From Octopus bimaculoides (Eukaryota): a DNA stretch of 64,000 nt. The DNA lies in assembly GCF_001194135.2 (NCBI RefSeq), contig NC_068985.1, positions 118,199,515 through 118,263,514 on the forward strand, read 5' to 3'. Under the pieces are notes generated by a model. That model was not told the DNA's origin and searched no databases. It saw only the letters and a program-made list of their open reading frames with translations. Made by a program: the position numbers and the translations under genes. The stretch's first letter is position 1; each line of letters begins with the position of its first letter. Below are positions 53,191 through 64,000 of the stretch, one piece after another.

Positions 53191-53796
53191 CGAGGTCTGA
53201 TCAGTTAGTATCCAGACTGTTGCCATAGTAACAAGGCTAAAGCACAGAGAGTGCCAACAAAACTGAGGAAAACATTGCAGATGTGTGTGCAGCTGTGAGG
53301 GGAAATTGTTGAATCACCATCCATGAGTTATCAGAGGATGTGCAGATTAGTTATGGCTCAGTTCAGTCCATTATCACTGAAGATTTGGGTATGAGATGTG
53401 TGTCTGCCAAGTTTGTGCCAAAATTGCTTTCAGCTAACCAAAAAGACACTGGGGTTTCAGTTGCACAAAATCTCCTTGATTGTGTGGAGAATGATGAAAA
53501 CTTTTTGAAAACTTTGTGTAGGCCTCTGAGCAGGCAACACCAAGCTTTTGGCAAAATTAGATGCAGATTCTCTGCTCAACTTTCTCTGTCATGGCCAGTG
53601 CAACGATCACACACTACACACCTTCCTTCCTTCCTTCCAAGCACTGCTGTAAACAGCAGAAGTGAGCTAGAATGTTAAAACAAGGTCAATCTGTGCCAAG
53701 CAGCTTTACTCTATGTGCTTTAGCTTCATTNNNNNNNNNNTCTATGTGCTTTAGCTTCATTACTATGGCAACAGTCCGGATACTTACTGATCAGAC

Positions 53797-53799
<3 letters not shown>
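53191..53799 (+). mobile_element. Internally deleted mariner with TIRs
   Basis: TA|cgaggtctgatcagttagtatccagactgttgccatagtaa pairs with ttactatggcaacagtccggatacttactgatcagacc. The internal peptide ITIHELSEDVQISYGSVQSIITEDLGMRCVSAKFVPKLLS matches the mariner HTH/WVPHEL region. Confidence 0.88.
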
Positions 53800-53830
<31 letters not shown>

Positions 53831-54710
53831 AATGTGTGTACACACACATTCTGCTTACCAATAATAACACTTCCACTTTTCAGTTTTAATGTTTGCACTT
53901 CCTTTTCTGTCCATTTCTTGTGTGACTCAGCTTCCTCATTATTCTAGGTTAAATAAGAAAAAAAAAAAGCTGACGACATTTTAAAGTAAAATATACTGTT
54001 TTTGAAGGAGATAATTTTCATTTTATAAGATTTAGAAATGACCACTGAACCAAAATTGACTATTTTTCTATCTTGGTGTTAAGATGTTTGCTTGCCAGCG
54101 ACATGGTTCTGGGTTCAGTCCCACTGCATAGCAACTTGGGCAAGTACCTTCTACTATAGCTCCTGGACCAACCAATGTCTTGTGTGTGAATTTAGTAGGC
54201 AAAAACAGAAAGACGCCCCTTATATATAATGTGTGTCTGTCTTTGTGTTCATTCCCACCTCTCTTGACAACTAGTGTTGGTTTGTTTACTTACCTGTATC
54301 TGGGATCATTTCATTTGACTAAAACCTTCAAGGCAGTGCCCCATCATGGGCTGCTGTCAAGGAACTGAAATGAATAAAAAGAAAAAAGACAATAACTTCT
54401 GAGGAAAAGTTTGATACTTTGTGTGTGTCTGTGTATATATGTATCAGATGAGACTTTGCTGAAGCAGTTTTCTGTGACTGAATGGTCTTTCTGTTGCCAA
54501 TCCTCATCTGTTTTTAGGCAAGGTAATATTTCCTTTAGTCAATTGAACAACAAACAGCCTAATCATATTTGTATGAAAGGTGACTCTTCATTTATAATGT
54601 GTGAGTATACCTATCTATATATATGTGTGTGTTTTTGTATGATGCTCCAATGTGGCCACAGTTCATTGATTGAAATGAGCAAAAGAGCGTGTGTGTGTGT
54701 ATATGTGCAC

Positions 54711-54755
<45 letters not shown>

Positions 54756-54914
54756 AAATTAAGGTACTCAGAAACCTGGATGTTTGTACATTTACAGATT
54801 TTTATTAATGTCACATATTAAATGAAGCGCTTTTCACNNNNNNNNNNNNNNNNNNNNNNNNNNNNNNNNNNNNNNNNNNNNNNNNNNNNNNNNNNNNNNN
54901 NNNNNNNNNNNNNN

Positions 54915-54959
<45 letters not shown>

Positions 54960-55137
54960 ATTAAGGATTCGAGAGAGAATTAGGTACTTAAGTGGTAGGC
55001 ACCAGTTTGGATTGAATTAACTTGTAAACATTACCTTTAGTCGAATAAACATACTGGGTACTGAAGTACATCCAGTGAAATATTCAAGTTATGCATACAA
55101 AGACTATAACCCTTATGAGTATTTAATGCCTATATAT

Positions 55138-55750
55138 CATCATCATCATCATCATCATCGTTTAACGTCCGCTTTCCATGCTAGCATGGGTTGGACGATT
55201 TGACCGAGGACTGGTGAAACCGGATGGCAACACCAGGCTCCAGTCTGATTTGGCAGAGTTTCTACAGCTGGATGCCCTTCCTAACGCCAACCACTCAGAG
55301 TGTAGTGGGTGCTTTTACGTGTCACTGGCACGAGGGTCAGTCAGGTGGTACTGGCAATGGCCACACTCAAATGATGTTTTTTTACATGTCACTTCCACAG
55401 GAGCTAGTCCAGCAGCACTGGCAATGACCTCGCTCAAATATTTTTTTCACATACCACCGGCACAAGTGCCAGTAAGGCGACGCTAGTAACGATCACGCTT
55501 GAATGGTGCTTTTTACATGCCACCGGCATGGAAGCCAGTCAGCTGCTCTGGCAACGATCACATGCGGATGGTGCTCTTAGCGCTTCACTAGCATGGATGC
55601 CAGTCATCGAATTTGATTTCGATTTCACTTACCTCAACAAGTCTCCGCAAGCAGGGTTTAATGTCCAATGAAAGAAAGGTACACATAAGTAGGCTGGTTA
55701 CACCCCTGGCATAGGCCACGGGTTATGGTCTCACTTGACTTGCCAGGTCT
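55138..55750 (-). mobile_element. RTE LINE 3' UTR copy, head-to-head with the 55749 element
   Basis: (CAT)n tail at 55138, then the family 3' end. The inner end agacctggcaagtcaagtgagacc resembles the stop-codon region of the + copy. Confidence 0.85.
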
Positions 55751-56806
55751 GTGACTAAGTCTGTAGTGGGAGTGGTTGGTCTGAGAGTGTAGCGACTAGA
55801 GTAAGAATAGCCTGGGCAAAGTTCAGGGAGCTCTTACCTCTGCTGGCAACTAAGGGCCTCTCACTCAGGGTGAAAGGTAGACTGTATGATGCATGTGTGC
55901 GAACTGCCATGCTACACGGCAGTGAAACATGGGCCATAAATGCTGAGGACATGCGTAGGCTTGAAAGAAATGAAGCTAGTATGATCCACTGGGTGTCAGC
56001 GTGTATACACAACAGAGTGTAAGCACCCTGAGAGAAAAGTTGGGCATAAGAAGCATCAAATGTGGTGTGCAAAGACGACCGTGCTGGTATGGCCATGTGT
56101 TACGTATGAATGAAGACAGCTGTGTTAGGAAGTGCCACTCCCTAAACTGTGGAAGAGGTCGACCCAAGAAGACGAGATGAGGTGGTGAAGCATGACCTTC
56201 GAACATTGGGCCTCACAGAGGCAATGACAGGAGACCGGGTCCTTTGGAGATACGCTGTGATTGGGAAGACCCGGCAACTAAAGTGAGATCGCAGCCACGC
56301 ACGTCCAGCCCTGTTAAAAATACTCCTGATGCATCGGGCAATATGATATACTTGAGAAGACCTGTTGAGTCAAGTAAAACCAATATCGTAGCTGGGGCTG
56401 GTGCCCCCCTGACTGGCTCCCATGCCGATGGCATGTAAGAAGCACCATCCAAATGTGTTTGTTGCCAGGCCCGCCATACTGGCTTTGGTGCCAGTGGCAC
56501 GTAAAAAGCAGCAACTGATCGTGACCGATGCCAGTACCCCCGACTGGCTCCTGTGCTAGTGGCACATAAAAAGCACCATCTGAATGTGATCGTCGTCAGG
56601 CCCACCTTACTGGCTCCTGTGCCAGTGGCACGTAAAATGCATCTACTACACTCTTGGAGTGGTTGGTGTTAGGAAGGGCATCCAGCTGCAGAAACTCTGC
56701 CAGACCAGATTGGAGCCTGGTGCAACGGCTGGCTCTCTAGACCTCAGTCAAACCGTCCAACCCATGACAGCATGGAAAATGGACGTTAATCGATGATGAT
56801 GATGAT
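55749..56806 (+). mobile_element. 5'-truncated RTE-clade LINE, younger copy
   Basis: SESVATRVRIAWAKFRELLPLLATKGLSLRVKGRLYDACVRTAMLHGSETW...WYGHVLRM...GRGRPKKT, with stop at 56284-56286. The 3' UTR has about 65-bp tandem units and a (GAT)n tail. Confidence 0.9.
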
Positions 56807-58675
56807 ATATAATATATGTGTGTTTATACCCCATAACCACTTGACAACTGGTGTTAATGTGTTTACATCCCTCTTAGTGGTTTAGCAAAAGAAACCAATA
56901 GAATAAGTACTAAGCTTAAAAAAGAAAAAAAGAAATACTGAGGTCAGTTCATTTGACTAAAAGTTCTTCAAGGTGGTGCCCAGCATGGCTGCAGCTTAAT
57001 GACTAAAACAAGTAGAAGATAAAAGACAAAAATGATTTACATACATTATTTAAATAGTTTCTATTTTATAGCATAGGCACAGAGATAGCTTTGTGCTTTA
57101 GAAGGTCACTTCACATCTATGCAATTTCAAGTACAGTCCCATTCCATGGAACCTTGGAATAAGTTTTTTCTACTCTAGTTCCAGGTTGACTAATGCCTTG
57201 CAAGTCTATTGGGTTGTAAGCCTGTTGAGTTAGTGTATGTGAATGCTGCTATCATTTGACCTAAATGATGTTTACATTCCTTGTTGACATTATGGCTGGT
57301 TACCCTACACCTTTGAACACCTGTATAACAAAAAAAATAAAATAAAATAAATCCTTGAAAAGCAGGTGAAGGTGGATGATAGAAAAAAGATACAGCTGTA
57401 AAATCCTGCCTCAAAATCACTTCTCATCCAAGCCATGTAAACATGGTAAAATAGATGTTAAACAAATGAACAAGTTTTATTATACCCGACCTAATGCTAA
57501 CCCTCGGTTGTGATTTGAGAATGTTATCTAAACTGATTTCAATATGTAGAATCCCTGAACAATGGCGGGTTTTGAACTCCTGTTTATCTGGTCAATATTT
57601 TTGAGCACTTGGCTGTTATCATTCTGATATCCTAGACAACATTATTTGAAGGACCGACTTAATGTAGAACCATATAATTATTCAATGCAGTTATATTTAT
57701 ATGTTATGTAGCCTGTACTGTATTTCAAAGACTAAAAACAAATGTTTTTAACCCAGGCCAATTGTAATTGAACTTAGTCTATGANNNNNNNNNNCCCCCC
57801 CAATGCATAATAAATATACTTAGGACTACTGTAACTAACATGTCTTTTTATTTATTTAATTTTTTTAAGGACTAGAGTGTGATCCATGGCTGCTAATATT
57901 TGCAGGTTGTGTGACCTTGTATAGGGCCCTTGATATTTCAAATTAATTTTTCAGTTACCTCCAGTCATCGTTCCTTTGTTTACCCTGTTCTCTCTTATTA
58001 TAAATCTTTTATAATTCTATAATTCTTAAACATGGAAGCAGCAGTAGGAGTGATTTTATTGCTGTAGCTGTTGTTGGCTGTTCTCAGTTTTGAAGTAAAT
58101 CTAGGGCATGGAAGCAACACAGCACAAATCATTGAAAAATAATTCAATACCCTGTAGATGAGTTTAAGAGATTTACTTTGAACATTTGTGGTATGGAACC
58201 ATGGGGTGCTACAAAATTGTCAGGGTTAGTGTTTCACTTGGAACAGATAAACACACACACACACACACAATCCCCCTCCCCCAGAAAAATATCAAAAAAT
58301 ACCATGACAGGTTCAGATATATGACCTAGTGTCATGTCAGTAAAATAAAAAGAAAAAAGCTTAAACAAATACTGGTACAAGTTTTCATCACATGTTCTTC
58401 CAGTCTATGATAGTTTATGTGAATGACTGCTTTAGAATAATGTTCTGCTTTCAATTCTAAACATTATTTCTCCTTTTCCAGTTATCATAGTGAATTTTTC
58501 CAGTTCTGTAATTTTAGTTTTAAGCAGTTTGCATTTTATACATTTTTACATTGTTTCATCTCACCCAGCCATAGTAGGGATATGAAATTACAGATTTACA
58601 AGTGACTTTCTTACTTTAAATATTCTATACTTATTACATTGCTTTCCTTTGTGTGTGTATTCTAGTTTTCTCTCT

Positions 58676-58710
<35 letters not shown>

Positions 58711-59084
58711 NNNNNNNNNNTTAGCATCTGTTTTTGATATTTAATCCATCCTATGACTGGAGTTTTCAACTAACTTGCCATTCTGTCTACACAATCCTGC
58801 ACCATTCCCAGTTGTGAAGCTTTATTCTTTTTTCTACAAATCCTATTTGAAACCTCTGGTTTTTATTGCTCAAAATTTCTATTTTGAAATGTTTATGTTT
58901 AAATTAAGATCTCTCTTCATAATTTTCTTGCAAAGATCTTAAATGAAAAAAAAAAAAATTATTTTACTAATTCCCATTGAATTGTTGATTTTGAAAGTTA
59001 CTTCAGATATATAGGCAAGTTTATTTCATTAAAGGGTGAAAAATAAAATCGTTTTTTTCTCTTTGTTCTGTAGTATCTGATATT

Positions 59085-59350
59085 GTTAGTGGTATAATGC
59101 AATAATGATAATATTGTATGTGGTATAACACTGAAGGTGACTCTATCATTTGATATAACAGTAATATTGATGACAATATTGACTAACGCAAGAATTGATA
59201 TTTATTATTTGATATAACACTAGTGATAATATTTTATGGCATAGCAGCAATGATGACAGTATTGTTTTTATGGCGTAACAACAGTGATGACAATATTGTG
59301 TATAGTATATTAGTAATGGTGACAACAATGGTATAACACAGTAATACTGA
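59085..59350. repeat. Degenerate AT-rich minisatellite (ggtataacacagtgatgacaatattg-like units)
   Basis: Recurrent tataacac/ataacag and gatgacaatattg words. Confidence 0.55.
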
Positions 59351-60961
59351 ACACATCATAGTTGGTTTGAGCATGAAACCATAAAAAATATTTGATTCTG
59401 TTTTGTGATTTTGTTTTCCATATAATTTATGTCGGGTTCTGTGTAATAGAGTAATTTAGAATCCAACAATCAGCAGTATTGAAGGTAGTTGTGGATGCTG
59501 GGGTGAGGTTAGAAATATCTTATTCATTTCTCCTTTTTATAGTAAAGTATGCTCATTTCTTGTAAGGAAATGTTAATTACAAGTAAACTTAGTTGGGAGT
59601 ATATTATTCTCTATTTAGCTTTTGTTAGCAAATTGAAATGCAGATTGCTTTAGAATTCTTTTTTTTTTTTCACTTTCGATATTTCTAAGCAATTACCAAA
59701 TTTTGTTTGCTTTTGGAAGACTAAATTAAATTTGCTATAATCTATTTGTTTGTCTTTGATTCTTTTATTTTTCTTCTTAGTCTGTTATTTCCTGACATTT
59801 ATCATACTAAGTGGTACATGCATCAAAGCTCCCCCCCCTCACTCTCAGACACATGCATAAACAATTTCCTTTCTTTGATGCCTCTGTTATCATTTTATTC
59901 ATTTTGCTTACAAAATATTCCATTTGTTGCCTTATTTTATTTTTAAAAAAAACATTTCTTCAATTACAAGTAATCAATAGTTTCTTTGAGTTGGAAATGT
60001 AAAATCAATATTAATTTTTTTTGTTTAATTGCATTAAATTGAATTACTTTCTATGAGAAATCTAATGGCATTTTTTTCCTGTGATGTAGAAATAAGAAAG
60101 GTTTATTATATTTCCTGTAAGAATGATGGAATAACTATCAACAACAACAAGAGAGGAAGAGAGAGAGAGAGAGAGATTGCTGGGAGGATATTTGCAAAAT
60201 ATTATATTTCTCCAAAACTTAATGAGATCAAAATACTACGTTGGATTAGAAAATGATATTCAATTGGCTTCTCTTGTCCAGGTATGAATCAAACATGGAT
60301 GCCTTAATGATCATGTAGAATGATGAAAAAAAAAAAAAATAGATAAACGGAAATTTTTTAATTATAAGTTATTTGCATTAGCATACATGGAAGAATCCCT
60401 TGAAATAATCAGCTAAAATGCCGAGTAATCTTAATACCTTACGCTCCTAGCACACATGTTTTAGGTAAATATTTTAGGAATACTAAACTTAAGGGCAAAA
60501 TATAGTAAAATAGTTACATTGATGCTTGTTATCATCCAGAGGTCAAATCTTTCCAAAATTAATCTATCTAGATTTCTGATCCAGTTAACTTGCTGATACA
60601 TCTAACAAGCTGGATTTCAAACAAAATTTTTTGTTGTTGTTTAGTTCCCAGTTTCTCGGCCTTTATTTGAGCAAATCTGTGATTAAAGACATTCATGGCT
60701 ATGACCAGACATTTTTGTTTTCCAGGCATTCTGCATCCTGGACTACATTATCTTATATGTCCTTTTCAAAAAATGGTGGAATATCATTGGAGTGAAATTT
60801 GGTTGCCATTTCTAGTAGATTGAGTTACCTCGTCGATGCTCTCTCATTAACTCTTCATCATATAGTTAGAGTTCTAGTTGCAACCATCCTCTCTGTTTAG
60901 GTCATGAAATATTTTGTAAACTATTTTTAACATGAGATGGTTTCTTTCTTCAGCTAAACAT

Positions 60962-61440
60962 TAAACTGCATCTGGTGGTGAGGTTCCAGCTTAGGAGTTT
61001 TGGAGAGTATGGAGTTAACCTTTCCTTACCCTTATTCCTCAGTTTGCTCTAACCCAAGGTGGTAGTATTTGTCAAGGGCCTCAGTTATTTGCCAAGTTGC
61101 AGTTAGGCCTGTGGTTAAGTATACAGGGATCAGAGAAAGGCTGACTTCCAGCTATGCTACACAAATCCACTGGTATATGGATGGACATGCCCTGATGTCA
61201 TGTGAGCCAGTCATTTAATTTGAGAGTTAAATAGACCCTGTGCCTCAAGGGTAAGCTTGGGAGTGTAGAAGACTAGCAAAGCAAAGTGTAAATAAACTGG
61301 CAAAATATAATGGGGAACTACTGCTTTATTTCCTCCCCCCACACCCACCCCAAAAATCAGGAATCTTCAGACTTTGGCATGGAAGTCTATGATTGCTGAT
61401 GCCTGGTCAGCATAGTATTTGGAGAGAAAAAGAGAGAGAA
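60962..61440 (+). mobile_element. Second copy of the 6450-6905 repeat
   Basis: Shared blocks ggtgagg.tccag, cacaaatccact, atgtcatgtga, tagaccct.tg.ctcaag.gtaagctt and aatcttcagactttggcatggaagtc. Confidence 0.65.
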
Positions 61441-62212
61441 GGGGTTTCTTTCTGAATTTTTTTCTCTATATCTTTGTCTTGTTCTTTGACATTTTTCTCT
61501 GAATGAATTATCTGTTTTGTAAACCAACAGCTTACATTGTTACCAGGATGTATGAGTCAAGAACTCAAGATGAAGGCCATTTTAAATATATGTAATATAA
61601 ATAAATATATGTAGTCATATTTATTTGTATTTAGTCTTGCTGTTGAATTTGCTTCCATAGTTAGATCACAAGACATCTTTTGGTTGGCTTGGAATGAGGA
61701 TCAAACCCATTAACTAGTTTTGTTATTGTTACGACTCATCAGGATTCACTACCTCTTTCCTCTCAAGTTGTTGATGCGGATAAGTAACAGAAAGCAACTT
61801 ATTAAAATGGAAACAAAAACACAGCTCACTTGGAACAACTCATTTACATATGATACAAGGTTGGCAGCTGATATTAATTTAAGTACTATTACAACATATA
61901 AACAGGTTTTCATGTGGAAGCTAACATATGTTGAAAACTCAGAATAAGTTGCTTCTATTATTACTCTTGTCTAAAGTCTGACTCAACCCTAATTAAGCAA
62001 GCTTATAATCAAAATGTGTTCCAGCTGTGATCATCCTAACTGTTTTATATATCAGGGATATCCAGTATGTCCTTTATTAAGACAGCAGCAAAATAAATTT
62101 GGATGCTATTTTTAGCAGGTCAAGCAACCATATAAAGGCTTCTACTTTGGTTCTTCATCTGATGTGAAAACCTGTGGTTTACTGCTGGACAATTCCTAAT
62201 AAATTCATTTAA

Positions 62213-62428
62213 CCCTTTAGCATTTCATAAAGCCATATCCGGTCAAAATATACTACCTGTTTTATGTACAAACCAACCAGATCTGACCTCTCACACCTAC
62301 CCTACAATATCATTCTCGAAATAAACAATCACATCACTGAAAACTTACAACTATGAAATAATGTAGGATTAATTCAAAACTGAATAAATAAGCATTACAT
62401 TTGACAGAATAATTTGAATACTAAAGGG
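62213..62428 (+). mobile_element. TTAA-type MITE, third copy
   Basis: TTAA|ccctttagcatt ... aatactaaaggg|TTAA. Confidence 0.8.
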
Positions 62429-63394
62429 TTAAACCATTCAGCTTGTCAAGTAGAATTTGTATATATTTTAAAGTGGGGTTTAAAAGTCAGCTAAGTGGTT
62501 ATTGTATCCCACATTGAGCCGACAGGGCAGAGCTTGTAGCAGGTTGTGACCTTTAACATAGCTAAGTAGTGTATCGTATTTTGTCCTGCATTTATAATAA
62601 TAGAACACTTGAACTACTGGGTTCTACCATAGACATTTTATTTGTATTGTCTTTCAAGGATTAACCAAAACGAATATTTATATTATACTTTCAACAATTG
62701 GATGCATTTCCTAGTAGATACTCTCCCCCACACTCACACTCACTTATCAACATCATTTTAACATCTATATTTCCAAGATTGTATGTGTATGACAAAAGTT
62801 GTTGAAGCAGATTTTTCTGTCTAGATGTTCTTTCGTTCACCAATCTTTACTTGATTCTAAGCTAGGAAATCCAATCATAAGGCATTGATCATCCCAGGCT
62901 ATAGCAATAGATGCTTGCCCAAAGTGCTATGCATTGGGACTGAACCTGAAACCACATGGTTGGGGAAATGAACTTTTTAAACATACAGCTATGTTTGTAT
63001 AGTTTTATGTACATGTATACCCATGTGCGCACACGCACGCATACACACACACACACACACATTGTTGTGTGAGAGTATGACGTCTCCTGGCGAGAATCGA
63101 CTGGACCACCACATATAAATAGTAGCAATCTGAGTAAGTGAGGGAGTTTGTGTGTTGATAGGTCAAAGTTTACAGTTTGAGTTAGCGTGTTGGATTGTTG
63201 GTTCTTAAAAAATTGTTACGTTATGTGTGGTTACTGCTGTTTGTTTTGATTATACTGTTGCAGTTTATATGTTTATCCATAAGGATATAATACTTGCACA
63301 TACACATGCACCCACCCACCCACATGCTCACAAGTGAGCGAGAAAGAAAAACAGAAGAGGTAGGATGGACATATATCTTTAGCAAAATAAATTC

Positions 63395-63630
63395 AAACAA
63401 GGGCACTTAGAGAGCGCAAACCTCCGCCAAAGCAATACCAACGTCCTCTCAACGATTCGCTAGAGGTGATTTTTAAAATGAGAATATCTGAAATAAACTC
63501 AACTGCTCTCACAAATGGGAATACTAAAAATGAACCTGACCACTCTCATAAATTAAGTTAAAAAAAACAACAGGAAACTAATCCAGAATCCTTGTCCGGA
63601 ACCTGATCAATCCCAATGGTAATCATGGAA
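63395..63630 (+). mobile_element. Possible Helentron-associated (HINE/DINE-like) non-autonomous element fragment
   Basis: Starts aacaagggcacttagagagcgcaaacctccgccaa and contains aatccagaatccttgtccgga. This is recalled resemblance only; there is a single copy here. Confidence 0.3.
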
Positions 63631-64000
63631 TGTGAAGGTGGCTGTAGAAAATTTAGTAACAGTAATAAATAGTTTATCCCTATCTAATACAGGCCAAAGT
63701 TAACAAATTCACCATTCAAAATAGTTTCAAAGGCAGAGGTAATAAGTTCTACTCAGGAATTTTTGAATAAATAGCATGAGATCTTTTGGTTTTCTCTTTT
63801 AAATTCCGGCCTTCCTTTAGTATTCCTTTTGTTTTAGATCAAATTATAGATGTATGTATATATGTAAGTATACTGTAAAGTGTTAATATATATGTATAAA
63901 ATATGATAAAAATATATTAGTGTTATTTAATTTCTGAATGATGTTGCTGCCATTTGTTTATGTAGTGTGATTTCTTTATCCATCAGTTTCTACTAAGGTA

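Noticed and set aside
53710-53761. 21-bp direct repeat tctatgtgctttagcttcatt
   Set aside because: It flanks a 10-N gap exactly, which is typical of an unmerged contig overlap (assembly artefact).
56385-56645. CRISPR-like look (about 35-nt repeats with about 30-nt spacers)
   Set aside because: The spacers are related to each other, the repeats are degenerate, the array lies in a retrotransposon 3' UTR of an animal genome, and there are no cas genes.
40750-64000. Further NDST exons (expected next peptide resembling HGIP...YAVAPHHSGVYP)
   Set aside because: I did not find them by eye or in the ORF track. They are probably beyond the window, or possibly missed or in a gap. A tblastn search would settle this.

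Overview
AT-rich, repeat-dense animal genomic DNA with 12 N-gaps. The SINE and RTE repeat families look like octopod cephalopod ones; this is my recognition, not a database result. The only supportable host gene is the 5' part of a heparan sulfate N-deacetylase/N-sulfotransferase (NDST) on the + strand. It has three coding exons (14517-15521, 28929-29055, 40637-40749), about 415 codons covering the transmembrane anchor and part of the deacetylase domain. I found no further NDST exon, so the sulfotransferase half probably lies beyond 64000. The rest is intronic or intergenic and holds decayed mariners, hAT-type and TTAA-type MITEs, RTE LINE fragments and their young 3' tails, an I-group LINE relic, an R4/Dong-like 3' end, tRNA-derived SINEs and microsatellites. 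I found no clearly new multi-gene system. The best leads are a TIR element carrying telomeric repeats, a head-to-head RTE pair forming a long inverted repeat, a possible Penelope/hammerhead remnant, a uORF-rich NDST leader and a shifted NDST intron. Most repeat boundaries are approximate (about +/-20 bp) unless a TSD is quoted.
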